A stretch of DNA of 64,000 bases from Candidatus Moraniibacteriota bacterium (GCA_041583775.1 JBFHFF010000002.1:128274-192273), one strand, 5' to 3'. Shown: positions 30,913 to 39,777, counted from the first letter of the stretch. Numbers and translations are program-made. The notes: generated from the sequence alone by a model not told the origin.

Positions 30913-31196
30913 TTATTTGTTTTAATAAATTTCACTATATTTTGTTTGATTTTTTTATTAATTTCAGTTGTCATTTTATTTCTCAATAACACAACCTCAC
31001 TCCTCCATGTTGATTTTGAAACTGATAAAAAAAGGATTCCGCCTTTCCAGTCACTAACTTTAATATTTTTTCTCCCTATATCACCAAACATATCTTGAAT
31101 AACCAAATCTGTTGTTTGTCTTAATATGTGTATATCAAAAGATAATTCAGAGCTGTTTTTTACTCTTTTTTTTAATAAAGTCTCAAAACTCTTCAT
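30909..31196 (-). CDS. dciA: DciA (DUF721) helicase-loader family protein
   Basis: 95 aa immediately downstream of dnaN; GGILFLSVSKSTWRSEV...EINKKI..VKFIK. Confidence 0.7.
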   Translation of the reverse strand: MKSFETLLKKRVKNSSELSFDIHILRQTTDLVIQDMFGDIGRKNIKVSDWKGGILFLSVSKSTWRSEVVLLRNKMTTEINKKIKQNIVKFIKTNK

Positions 31197-31214
31197 TTTT
31201 TATTTTTCCAATCC

Positions 31215-32363
31215 CTAGGATTTTATAATCGGCATAATAACATAAGAAAAGGATTCATCAACCTCCCCTTTTGTTTTTATTCTTTTAAAAACCACTGGTG
31301 ATTTTTGTTTATTTAATTTTATTAAAACTTTTTCACAATCAAATAAAATACTAGACAAACCCTCGAGTATAAATCTACAGTTAAATAAAATTTCAAAATC
31401 AGTACCTGATATTTTTGCTGGTATCTTTGAGAGATTATCACCAGAATCCATTGATTGTGCAGTAATTAATAAGGCATCTAATTCTTTGGTATTTTTAAAA
31501 TTAACCTCTCCATTTTGAGAGTTTGTTACTAAAGAAGCAATTTTAACAGCATTTATCAGTTTTTCTTTCTCTACTTCAAGTTCTATATCAAACTTCTTGG
31601 GTAAAACCTGTTTATATTCAGGATAATTTCCATTTATCAATCTTGAAACTATTTTTATTTCACTTGTGCTTATGAATAATTGATTTTGTTCAATAACTAT
31701 ATTAATTTCTTCATCTCTTGCAATTCTTTGAACTTCCATTAACGCTAGTGCTGGAATAATGATTGCTGATTTTTTTTCTTTAAATGTTTCAAAACTCTCT
31801 TCGTCCTCAACTTCAATTCCATCAATATTAATTTCTGTTAATCTAAAACTATCAGTTGATGCTAATGTGATTGAGTTATTTTTAAATTTCATCAATATTC
31901 CATTTAATTCCTGTCTTGTGTCATTGTGAGCAACAGAAACGAGAACTCCTGAAATAGCTTTGTTTAATTTTTTAGGTTCAATGGAAAAAAATGATTCATC
32001 TGGAACATCTGGGATAATAGGAAAATCTTTTGCATCAATTCCTTTTATTTTTATTTTATGATTTTCTGTAGTTATTTTTAATTCCGATCCCTCAAGTTCA
32101 CCAGAAACAACCTCATCTTTTATGGTATTTAAAAAACCTCCAACAATTCTTGCAGGAATCGTTATACTTCCCTCTTTTTCTATTTTAGCTCCTATATAAA
32201 CCTTGATTGCTATCTCTAGATTTGTTGCAGCTAAAACCAATCTACCTTTTTCTGATGAAATTAATATATTTCCTAAAATTGGAAGTGTTGTTTGTTTTGA
32301 AACAATCCTTTCAACTTTTGATATCCCCTCTCTTAAATTAATCGCTTTGCAAGTAAATTTCAT
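31215..32363 (-). CDS. dnaN: DNA polymerase III beta clamp
   Basis: TLPILGNIL, AATNLEI, DFPIIP, ASTDSFRL, SRLINGNYPEY, YVIMPI. Confidence 0.97.
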   Translation of the reverse strand: MKFTCKAINLREGISKVERIVSKQTTLPILGNILISSEKGRLVLAATNLEIAIKVYIGAKIEKEGSITIPARIVGGFLNTIKDEVVSGELEGSELKITTENHKIKIKGIDAKDFPIIPDVPDESFFSIEPKKLNKAISGVLVSVAHNDTRQELNGILMKFKNNSITLASTDSFRLTEINIDGIEVEDEESFETFKEKKSAIIIPALALMEVQRIARDEEINIVIEQNQLFISTSEIKIVSRLINGNYPEYKQVLPKKFDIELEVEKEKLINAVKIASLVTNSQNGEVNFKNTKELDALLITAQSMDSGDNLSKIPAKISGTDFEILFNCRFILEGLSSILFDCEKVLIKLNKQKSPVVFKRIKTKGEVDESFSYVIMPIIKS

Positions 32364-32644
32364 TTTCTGTAATTATTTAATAATATCTTTATATATATCT
32401 TATTATTATTATCTATTAGACAACAAAAGATGTGTATAAGTCTAATAAAAGCTTTAAATAAAAGTAAATTTCTGTCTATAAAACTAACACATAAAAAGAC
32501 AATGACTGTTAATGGATTTGTTGAAAACTCATTTTTTGATAAGAAAATAAGTTTTCGAAAAAGTTATTAACAAAAAAGAATAAATAACTAAACAATTAAA
32601 TAACAAACAGTAAACAAGTTTTAAACATACTTATTCACAAATTT
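32364..32644. other. oriC candidate (dnaA-dnaN intergenic): DnaA boxes plus AT-rich unwinding element
   Basis: TGTGTATAA at 32431-32439, TTATTCACA at 32631-32639, near-matches TGTCTATAA, TGTTGAAAA and TTATTAACA; ATATATAT and TTATTATTATTA run at ~32385-32420. Confidence 0.8.
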
Positions 32645-34045
32645 TTAATATTCAATAAATTTTTCCTTTATAAATTTCAATTGATCTTTCATTAAAAGAT
32701 TATTTTCCAATTCCTTGTTTATTTTTTCATAACCATAAATTGCAGTAGAATGATCCCTTCCTCCCAAAGACTTTCCAATCTCAGGAAAGGATAAATTTAA
32801 TTCTTGTCTTAAAAAATAAATAACAATTTGTCTTGGTTTCACAACTTTTTTTTGACGAGATTTCCCAATAATTTCCTCAGGTTTTACATCATAAAAATCA
32901 GCCACAGACTTGATTATTTTTGAAACAGTTAAATCCTTTTGTCTATTAATAGAAATAACATCCTTTGTCATCTCAGTAACATCTTCAATTGTTGGTGTTG
33001 TATTCCTAAGTTGAAAAGTAACAATTATTTTATTTAAAGCACCTTCTAATTCTCGTACATTGTGGTAAATATTAATTGCTAAATATTCAACAACATCCTC
33101 GGGTATAGAAAAGTTTTTTTCAGACAATTTTTTATTTATAATAGCAATTCTTGTTTCTAAATCAGGTTTATTTACATCTGCCATCATCCCCCCCTCAAAA
33201 CGCGATCGTAAACGATCTTCAATTGTTGGAATTGATTTAGGAGCTCTATCAGAACTTAGGATAATTTGTTTTCCTAATTGATAAAGAGATTCAAAAATGT
33301 GAAAAAATTCCTCCTGAGTTTTTTCTTTTCCAGCCAAAAATTGAACATCATCAAGAATTAGAATATCTAAATCAATATAACTGTTTTTAAATTCCTTTGC
33401 TTTAGATTTTTGAATTGCATCCACAAGTTCATTTGTAAATCTTTCCATACTTACATAACGGATTTTAATGTTAGGGTTAAGTTTTCCCGCATAATTTCCC
33501 GTTGACTGTAAAAGGTGTGTTTTTCCAAGACCAACACCACCATAAATAAATAAAGGATTATAGTTTTTACCAGGAGCTTCAGCAATTGAACGACAAGCAG
33601 CATAAGCCAATTCATTATTTCCTCCAACAACAAAACTATCAAAAGAATATCTACTATTAAGATTTGACCTATAAATATTTTTTTGTGAGGTTGGATTTGT
33701 GAAAGAGCGTTGATTGTTGTTTATTTTTTTAATGTCAGCAACTGTATTAGTGTTTTGATTGATTTTTGGTTTTTTAATTCCATTTAAATCTGAAGGATCA
33801 GAGTTACCTATTCTACATGAAAGAGCGTTAATTTCTCTTCGATATTGTTGTACAGCGTCTATTATTTGTGTTTTATATTTTTTTTCCAGCCATTCTTTGG
33901 CAAAAATATTAGGAACAGAAACAATAAGTAAATTATCAGTGATACCAAAAATAGAGGTACTTTTAAACCATGTAGTAAAACTCGCCTTTGAAATTGATAG
34001 CTCCATTTCCCCCAACACAGCTTGCCACAGCTCCTCGTTGGTCAT
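32645..34045 (-). CDS. dnaA: Chromosomal replication initiator DnaA
   Basis: YNPLFIYGGVGLGKTHLL, LDDVQF, TQEEFFHIF, RLRSRFEGG, NVRELEGAL, GGRDHSTA. Confidence 0.98.
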   Translation of the reverse strand: MTNEELWQAVLGEMELSISKASFTTWFKSTSIFGITDNLLIVSVPNIFAKEWLEKKYKTQIIDAVQQYRREINALSCRIGNSDPSDLNGIKKPKINQNTNTVADIKKINNNQRSFTNPTSQKNIYRSNLNSRYSFDSFVVGGNNELAYAACRSIAEAPGKNYNPLFIYGGVGLGKTHLLQSTGNYAGKLNPNIKIRYVSMERFTNELVDAIQKSKAKEFKNSYIDLDILILDDVQFLAGKEKTQEEFFHIFESLYQLGKQIILSSDRAPKSIPTIEDRLRSRFEGGMMADVNKPDLETRIAIINKKLSEKNFSIPEDVVEYLAINIYHNVRELEGALNKIIVTFQLRNTTPTIEDVTEMTKDVISINRQKDLTVSKIIKSVADFYDVKPEEIIGKSRQKKVVKPRQIVIYFLRQELNLSFPEIGKSLGGRDHSTAIYGYEKINKELENNLLMKDQLKFIKEKFIEY

Positions 34046-34122
34046 TTTTTTGTCTTTTAAATATTCACTTTTTCATTGTAGAGTAGTTTCTTTCTTTTAT
34101 CAATAAACTAAAAGCTTAAAAA

Positions 34123-34142
34123 TGTGGATAAACTGTGGAAAA
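34123..34142. promoter_or_regulatory. Tandem DnaA boxes upstream of dnaA
   Basis: TGTGGATAA (34123-34131) and TGTGGAAAA (34134-34142). Confidence 0.8.
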
Positions 34143-34198
34143 AAGGAAAAACTTTTTATTTAAAAAGAAAAAATTGTCAAGTTTCAAAAAATTAAAAT

Positions 34199-34234
34199 AA
34201 AAAAGGCCCCCATGGTTTTTAATCATGGGGGCCT
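34199..34234 (-). terminator. Intrinsic terminator of the orphan gene, upstream of dnaA
   Basis: AGGCCCCCATG/CATGGGGGCCT stem with U-tract on the minus strand. Confidence 0.75.
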
Positions 34235-34249
34235 AAAAGAACAAAAAAA

Positions 34250-35245
34250 TTATCTCCCCTTCTTCCAACTGGCAGTAAAGGTGCTTGATGATTGATTCAT
34301 GGAATATAAATATTCCATTTTTTTCAATCTGTTAATGTCAATTTTTGACAACTCGGGATTTTCATTCCCGGTTAAAATTTCATTATTTACCTGGAATATT
34401 ATCCTGGAAATGTACTCTTTTGCTAAATCATATCTTCCGGAGACCCCACAAGAATATGCAACTGCCTCCAGAAGCGTAAATCGCTCCTTGAAACCAAGAT
34501 ATTCTTGCCCATCAAATAATGATTCCCAGGCTCTTTTAGCAACTTTCTCGATATCGGGAATAGGATTTCTATTCTCAACTGAATGCATAATTTCACAAAC
34601 AGCTGATTGTCCAAAATCTCCCGTCGATGCAAAAGCGGCTTTTGCATCTTCATACTGCTGGAGTGTAAACAACAGCACTCCTATTTGGAAGCGGGTTATT
34701 TCCGCTCCAACTTCAAGTCCTTTTTCCAAAAAGTAGAGCGCTTCAGGGAGCGCTTCAGGATTTGGCTTGTTTTTTGAGCCTGAGCCCCCATAGTAAAGAT
34801 TTTTTGCTTTAACGAGATACTCAAAACCTTTTGGCACAGGCTTTAAATGGCAAAGAAGAGTACCTTTTTCGCTTTTTAGCTCGAAAACATCAGTACCCCT
34901 TTTTTTAGACAGATAAAGAGATATCGGCCCCTTTTTATTCCTGAGAACAAGGACTTCTCCCTCAGTTGTTTTCTTGAAAAAATAAGCTTCTCGAGGAACA
35001 TCCTCGAGGTCGTAAAACACAAAACCTTCTTGCCATTTGACCAGCCGAGATCTGGGGGTTTTTGGGCTTTCTCCATAGAATAACAAGAAGGATTTTCCAA
35101 CGATGTCTTCAGAGGAAACCGAAGAATTATCCCCACCTTCTTGTTTTTGTGAAAAAAATGCAAAACTATCTGTTGTCTGAAAACAACAAATTAAAAAAAG
35201 GGAGAAAAAAAATACACACAAAGAACTCAAATTTATTTTTTTCAT
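34250..35245 (-). CDS. Orphan secreted protein with helical-repeat (TPR-like) C-terminal half
   Basis: SD AAGAGGTG then MKKINLSSLCVFFFSLFLICCFQTTDSFA signal peptide; own promoter (TTGACA at 35363-35358, 16 nt, TG-t-TATTCT). Confidence 0.75.
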   Translation of the reverse strand: MKKINLSSLCVFFFSLFLICCFQTTDSFAFFSQKQEGGDNSSVSSEDIVGKSFLLFYGESPKTPRSRLVKWQEGFVFYDLEDVPREAYFFKKTTEGEVLVLRNKKGPISLYLSKKRGTDVFELKSEKGTLLCHLKPVPKGFEYLVKAKNLYYGGSGSKNKPNPEALPEALYFLEKGLEVGAEITRFQIGVLLFTLQQYEDAKAAFASTGDFGQSAVCEIMHSVENRNPIPDIEKVAKRAWESLFDGQEYLGFKERFTLLEAVAYSCGVSGRYDLAKEYISRIIFQVNNEILTGNENPELSKIDINRLKKMEYLYSMNQSSSTFTASWKKGR

Positions 35246-35587
35246 TAGAAGCACCTCTTTTTGTTGGTGGCTTTGAGCCAATTTGAAAGTTTAGATAACT
35301 AAACTATTTGTTTAATAAAAAGAACTTTACAGTAAAGAATAACAAGAAAAGTTGTTTTGTCAAGACATATTTATCTGTTTTTGTCAATAAAATATAACAA
35401 AAAAAGACAAAAATCATTAAAAAGCCTAAAGAAAGCTAAAAAATGAAAGAAAAAAATATGTTTTTTATTGACAAAAAATCTAAAAGAAGGTCTAATTATT
35501 GATAAAAATCTGAAAAAATTCACAAGATAATGAATATAAAATTATTAATTATTATAAATAAACTTTGTTTATAATAGAATCTTATAT

Positions 35588-35603
35588 TGTTCCATGTGGA
35601 ACA
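35588..35603. other. parS-like site 1
   Basis: TGTTCCATGTGGAACA within a 34-bp palindrome (35579-35612). Confidence 0.85.
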
Positions 35604-35704
35604 ATATAAGATGACTTGAAATGTAGAAGGAATCATTTGAATTACAAAATTAAAGAAAGAAGATTTTTTTAAAGATTTTGAGAAATATTGAAAAAGTAAA
35701 CAAT

Positions 35705-35720
35705 TGTTCTATGTGGAACA
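35705..35720. other. parS-like site 2
   Basis: TGTTCTATGTGGAACA flanked by TAAACAAT/ATTGTTTA. Confidence 0.8.
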
Positions 35721-35744
35721 ATTGTTTATTGTGTTAATTATAAT

Positions 35745-35760
35745 TGTTCCACATAGAACA
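35745..35760. other. parS-like site 3
   Basis: TGTTCCACATAGAACA (reverse complement of site 2). Confidence 0.8.
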
Positions 35761-35864
35761 TAATATTGATAATAAAGAAATAACAAAGAATAATAGAAAT
35801 AATTAAAAATAGTGAGTGTTTTAATTAAAAAATAATAAAATGTTTCTAAAATATTATCCCTAAA

Positions 35865-35880
35865 TGTTCCATGTGGAACA
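35865..35880. other. parS-like site 4
   Basis: TGTTCCATGTGGAACA. Confidence 0.85.
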
Positions 35881-36084
35881 TTGAAGAGTGTTAAGATTAA
35901 TAAAAGAATATAAATTCAAAACATAAAAAAGAATACTATAAAAAAGCGTTTAAAAGTATTTTTAAAAATAAATTAAAAAAACAAAAACAATGAAATTGAT
36001 TTTTTAAGCATTTTGTTGTATACAAGATGAAGGGAGTTAAATAAATCGTAAAATAAAGAAAGTTTTATTTAAAAATCCGTGATT

Positions 36085-36157
36085 GGGGATATAGCTCAGT
36101 TGGTAGAGTGCTCCCATGGCATGGGAGAGGTCTGGGGTTCAACTCCCCATATCTCCA
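36085..36157 (+). tRNA. tRNA-Ala(GGC)
   Basis: GGGGATA acceptor stem with G3-U70, CTCCC-AT GGC AT-GGGAG, TTCAACT loop; CCA not encoded. Confidence 0.95.
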
Positions 36158-36169
36158 CATTAAAAAATT

Positions 36170-36241
36170 GCCCCCGTAGTTCAATGGATAGAACAAGGGA
36201 CTCCTAAGCCTTAGATGTAAGTTCGATTCTTGCCGGGGGCA
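36170..36241 (+). tRNA. tRNA-Arg(CCT)
   Basis: GCCCCCG/CGGGGGC acceptor stem, CT CCT AA loop, GTTCGATT; CCA not encoded. Confidence 0.93.
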
Positions 36242-36256
36242 CATTTATATAGAAGT

Positions 36257-38359
36257 ATGAAAAAATTAAAAATTCCAAAAAGCGTTCAGCGCGTTCTAAT
36301 GAAACTGGAAAAATCTGGCTTTGAGGTTTTTGTGGTTGGTGGTTGTGTTAGGGATATTTTGTTAGGAAAAAACCCAAAAGACTGGGATGTTACAACAAAT
36401 GCGACTCCAAGGCAAGTTATGGGGATTTTTTTGGATGCAAAATATGAAAATGATTTTGGAACAGTTTTGATTTCTGATAAATATCTCACGGGATATGAAA
36501 TTGTGTCAGATAAAATTGAAATAAAGCCAGAGATAAAGGAAAAAATTATCAAGATAGCCAAAGAAAAATATCTTGCAAAAATAAAATGCAAAGGTCATAG
36601 CGTTCAACATTCAAAAAATGTGACAAAAAATGCCCTGGAAATAGCAAAAACATTTAAGAGAATAAATCCTGATTTTATTGAGATTATTTCAATATTTCAT
36701 GATTCTGGAAAGGCACTTATTAAAAATCAAGAAAACTCAGGACATATAGAAAGATCTCAGTTTATCATAGAAAAGGAAATTAAAGAATTTTTTCCGAAAA
36801 AAGAAGTGGAAATTTTTAAAAAAGCAATTTCACACAACCCTAGTGTTGTAAGGGAAAATTTAGAAAATCAGATCTTGGTAGAAGCGGATTTAATTGATGG
36901 GCTTTGTGCTGAAAGAATTAATGCAATGAGTGGTGATGCAAAAAAGGAACATATAGATTGGGTTGGGAAATATTTCAATAAAAAGGGTGCTTTTAAAGAG
37001 ATAATTACGGTTAGAGGGAAAGAATTAATGTCAGAAGCAATTAATTTATACAATCAAGCAGATTTTAATTTTCAGCTACCGCAAATAGAAATTTCAAAAA
37101 ATGAGAATATTGAAATAACAACATATCGAACAGAGTCGGTTTATTCAGATAAAAGACACCCAGACGAGGTTGAATTTGCAGAAACATTAGAAGAAGATCT
37201 TTCGAGAAGAGATTTTACGGTCAATGCAATGGCATTAAAACAACTCACAAAAGAAAAGAAGGAATTAAAAGAGTTTTTAATTTCCGATGAATATCAAATA
37301 ATAGATTTGTTTAAGGGAAGTTTAGATATTCAAAATAAACTTATAAGAGCAGTTGGGGATCCAAAAGAGCGTTTTGCTGAAGATGCGCTTAGAATGTTAA
37401 GAGCAGTTCGTTTTGCCACCTCTTTAGGGTTTGAAATAGAGGAAAAAACTAAAAAAGCAATCCAATATAAAATTAAAAATCTAACCTTCGTTTCAATAGA
37501 AAGAATCAGAGATGAATTTGAAAAAATCATACTTTCAGAGCATCCAGGGAGAGGGGTGGAATTGCTTATTGAAACAGGCTTGATGAAGTTTATTATTCCA
37601 GAAGTATTAGAAACGATAGGTGTTGAGCAGAATCACCATCATTATTATGGTAAATACAACACCGTTTATAAACATTTGGTAGCAAGCCTAGAAAAATGCC
37701 CATCAAAGGAACTAGAAGTGAGACTAGCAGCCTTTTTACATGATATTGGAAAGCCAGTTGTTAAAAGAGGTGTTGGGGAAAAGGCAACTTTTTATAATCA
37801 TGAATATGTGGGGAGTAAAATGGTTAAAAATATTCTAGAAAGACTTAAATTTACCAGAAAAACAATTGATAAAACAACATTACTCGTTAAAAATCATATG
37901 TTTTATTACAATGTTGATGAGGTTGGGGAATCTGGAGTGAGGCGGGTTGTGAAAAAAGTTGGTATAGAAAACATAAAAGACTTGATTGATGTTCGAATCG
38001 GTGACAGATTGGGGAGTGGAGTCCCTAAGGCTGTTCCTTACAAACTAAGACATTTCCAGTATATGGTTGAGAAAGTTTCAAAGGATCCAATTTCAGTAAA
38101 ACAATTAAAAATAAATGGGGATATTTTAATAAAAGAACTTAAAATAGAGCCTGGTCCGCAAATTGGGGCTATTTTAGAGGTTTTGTTGGCAAAAGTAATA
38201 GAAAATCCAGAAATAAACAAAAAACAGCAACTACTTATTTTAGCAGAAAAGCTTAGAAATGAAGACCTTGGTGATTTAAGGAGGTTTGCGAAAAATAAAA
38301 TTAAACAAGAAAATAAAAAAGAAGAAAAAGAAACTAAAAAGAAACATTGGGTTAAATAA
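36257..38359 (+). CDS. cca: CCA-adding tRNA nucleotidyltransferase (class II) with C-terminal HD domain and an additional inserted HD domain
   Basis: VVGGCVRD...DWDVTT, EITTYR, EEDLSRRDFTVNAMA, RFAEDALRMLRAVRF, ERIRDEFEK, AFLHDIGKP. Confidence 0.92.
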   Translation: MKKLKIPKSVQRVLMKLEKSGFEVFVVGGCVRDILLGKNPKDWDVTTNATPRQVMGIFLDAKYENDFGTVLISDKYLTGYEIVSDKIEIKPEIKEKIIKIAKEKYLAKIKCKGHSVQHSKNVTKNALEIAKTFKRINPDFIEIISIFHDSGKALIKNQENSGHIERSQFIIEKEIKEFFPKKEVEIFKKAISHNPSVVRENLENQILVEADLIDGLCAERINAMSGDAKKEHIDWVGKYFNKKGAFKEIITVRGKELMSEAINLYNQADFNFQLPQIEISKNENIEITTYRTESVYSDKRHPDEVEFAETLEEDLSRRDFTVNAMALKQLTKEKKELKEFLISDEYQIIDLFKGSLDIQNKLIRAVGDPKERFAEDALRMLRAVRFATSLGFEIEEKTKKAIQYKIKNLTFVSIERIRDEFEKIILSEHPGRGVELLIETGLMKFIIPEVLETIGVEQNHHHYYGKYNTVYKHLVASLEKCPSKELEVRLAAFLHDIGKPVVKRGVGEKATFYNHEYVGSKMVKNILERLKFTRKTIDKTTLLVKNHMFYYNVDEVGESGVRRVVKKVGIENIKDLIDVRIGDRLGSGVPKAVPYKLRHFQYMVEKVSKDPISVKQLKINGDILIKELKIEPGPQIGAILEVLLAKVIENPEINKKQQLLILAEKLRNEDLGDLRRFAKNKIKQENKKEEKETKKKHWVK

Positions 38360-38400
38360 ATATAAAGAGACTTATTTATTCAAATTTATTCAAAAAAGTG

Positions 38401-38429
38401 TTGACCAGAGCGTTTATTTTGTTTATAGT
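38401..38429 (+). promoter_or_regulatory. Sigma70-type promoter for tRNA
   Basis: TTGACC-17nt-TATAGT, 16 nt upstream of the tRNA. Confidence 0.65.
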
Positions 38430-38445
38430 AGCAAGGTGAGAAAAA

Positions 38446-38518
38446 GGGACCATAGCTCAGTGGTTAGAGCAGTCGGCTCATAACCGATTGGTCGGAGGTT
38501 CAAATCCTCCTGGTCCCA
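38446..38518 (+). tRNA. tRNA with CAT anticodon, most likely tRNA-Ile2 (lysidine-modified)
   Basis: GGGACCA/TGGTCCC stem; GTCGG-CT CAT AA-CCGAT; lacks initiator features (C1 mismatch, GGG/CCC anticodon stem). Confidence 0.88.
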
Positions 38519-38543
38519 CACAAAGTAAAAATAAAAAAAATCA

Positions 38544-39740
38544 ATGAACTCGCCATTTAGGAAGACTAAATATTTTGAAAGGAAACTTTCTCATGGACTA
38601 GTATCATTATTAACCAGCAATGTCATAACAAATATTGCCAGTGGTTTTTTTGGTGTTTTTTTGCCAATATTTCTCTATGAACTTTTCAATAAAAACATTC
38701 AATTAGTAGCTTTATATTACTTAGCATCACAACTTTTATATTTATTTTTTTTACCTCTAGGAGCTCAGTTTTTAAATAAATTTGGCTTTAAACACTCTTT
38801 ACAATTAAGTACTGTTTGCGGAGCACTTTATTATTTGGGTTTAAAGGTTTTAACAATGGAAAATGTCCATTTTATAGTTCCTTTTTTGATTTTAATCATA
38901 ACAATCTGGAGAATTTTATATTGGGTTCCTTTTCATGTTGATTTTGCAAAATTTTCAGGAAAAAGGAACAAGGGTAAGGCTTTAGGACTTATGCAGTCAA
39001 TAATAAGTCTTATTGGTGTTATTGCTCCAGTTGTGGCTGGTTTTGTTATAGTTAAATTTGGATATGATGCTTTGTTTGTAGTGGGAGTTATTCTATATCT
39101 AAGCTCATTATTGCCATATGTAACAATTCCCAAAACCAGGGAGAAATTTTCTTGGGGATATTTTCAGACCTGGAAAAAGTTGTTTAAGAAAAAGCATGTG
39201 GGTACTACACTCGCTTTTATGGCAGATGGAGCCGAAAGTATTGTGGGTGTTATTGTTTGGCCAATTTTTGTTTTTATTATATTAAAAGGTGATTATGTAA
39301 AAATCGGATCAGTCTCATCGGCAGTTGTTTTTTTAACAATGGCAATGCAGTTATTGATGGGAAAATATGCAGACAAAAAACCCAAAAAAAGCATTTTAAA
39401 AATAGGAACCTTTTTATATGCCACTGTTTGGTTGGGGAAAATTTTTATTATAACCTTTTTTCATATTTTTTTGGCTGATATGTTTCATAAATTTTCTAAA
39501 ATTCTTCTCCGAATCCCTTTTGATGCAGCTACATATGAAATTGCTGTGGACCAAGGGCATTATATTGATGAATTCACAGTTTTACACGAAATGGCAGTTT
39601 CTGTGGGAAAAAGTTTAATGTATATTTCAATTATTATTCTTGTCTTTTTTATTTCTTTGAAGTGGGTTTTCGTTTTAGCGGCTATTGCAGCTTTAACATT
39701 CAATATGATTTATTTTGAGGCAAGAGGAAAAAGTGTTTAA
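38544..39740 (+). CDS. MFS transporter
   Basis: 398 aa, ~12 TM helices, GKYADKK loop motif, IAPVVAGFVI. Confidence 0.85.
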   Translation: MNSPFRKTKYFERKLSHGLVSLLTSNVITNIASGFFGVFLPIFLYELFNKNIQLVALYYLASQLLYLFFLPLGAQFLNKFGFKHSLQLSTVCGALYYLGLKVLTMENVHFIVPFLILIITIWRILYWVPFHVDFAKFSGKRNKGKALGLMQSIISLIGVIAPVVAGFVIVKFGYDALFVVGVILYLSSLLPYVTIPKTREKFSWGYFQTWKKLFKKKHVGTTLAFMADGAESIVGVIVWPIFVFIILKGDYVKIGSVSSAVVFLTMAMQLLMGKYADKKPKKSILKIGTFLYATVWLGKIFIITFFHIFLADMFHKFSKILLRIPFDAATYEIAVDQGHYIDEFTVLHEMAVSVGKSLMYISIIILVFFISLKWVFVLAAIAALTFNMIYFEARGKSV

Positions 39741-39777
39741 AAGAGAAAAAACATCAAAAAAAAGCCATTTATTGTAA

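Noticed and set aside
35579-35882. Repeated palindromes as a CRISPR array
   Set aside because: Only 16-bp cores, irregular spacing (117, 40, 120 bp), one copy inverted and no cas genes; they match parS instead
36196-36212. A-G mismatch at the base of the tRNA-Arg(CCT) anticodon stem as a sign of a pseudo-tRNA
   Set aside because: The rest of the cloverleaf is intact; a single mismatch is insufficient evidence
36230-36256. Upstream TTG start for cca
   Set aside because: It lies inside tRNA-Arg(CCT); ATG at 36257 is preferred
36475-37105. Intein or intron in cca
   Set aside because: The insert is in frame, lacks intein C-terminal HN-[CST] and LAGLIDADG motifs, and carries HD-domain motifs
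38286-38483. 65-aa ORF
   Set aside because: It overlaps the cca 3' end and the tRNA(CAT) gene, so it is spurious
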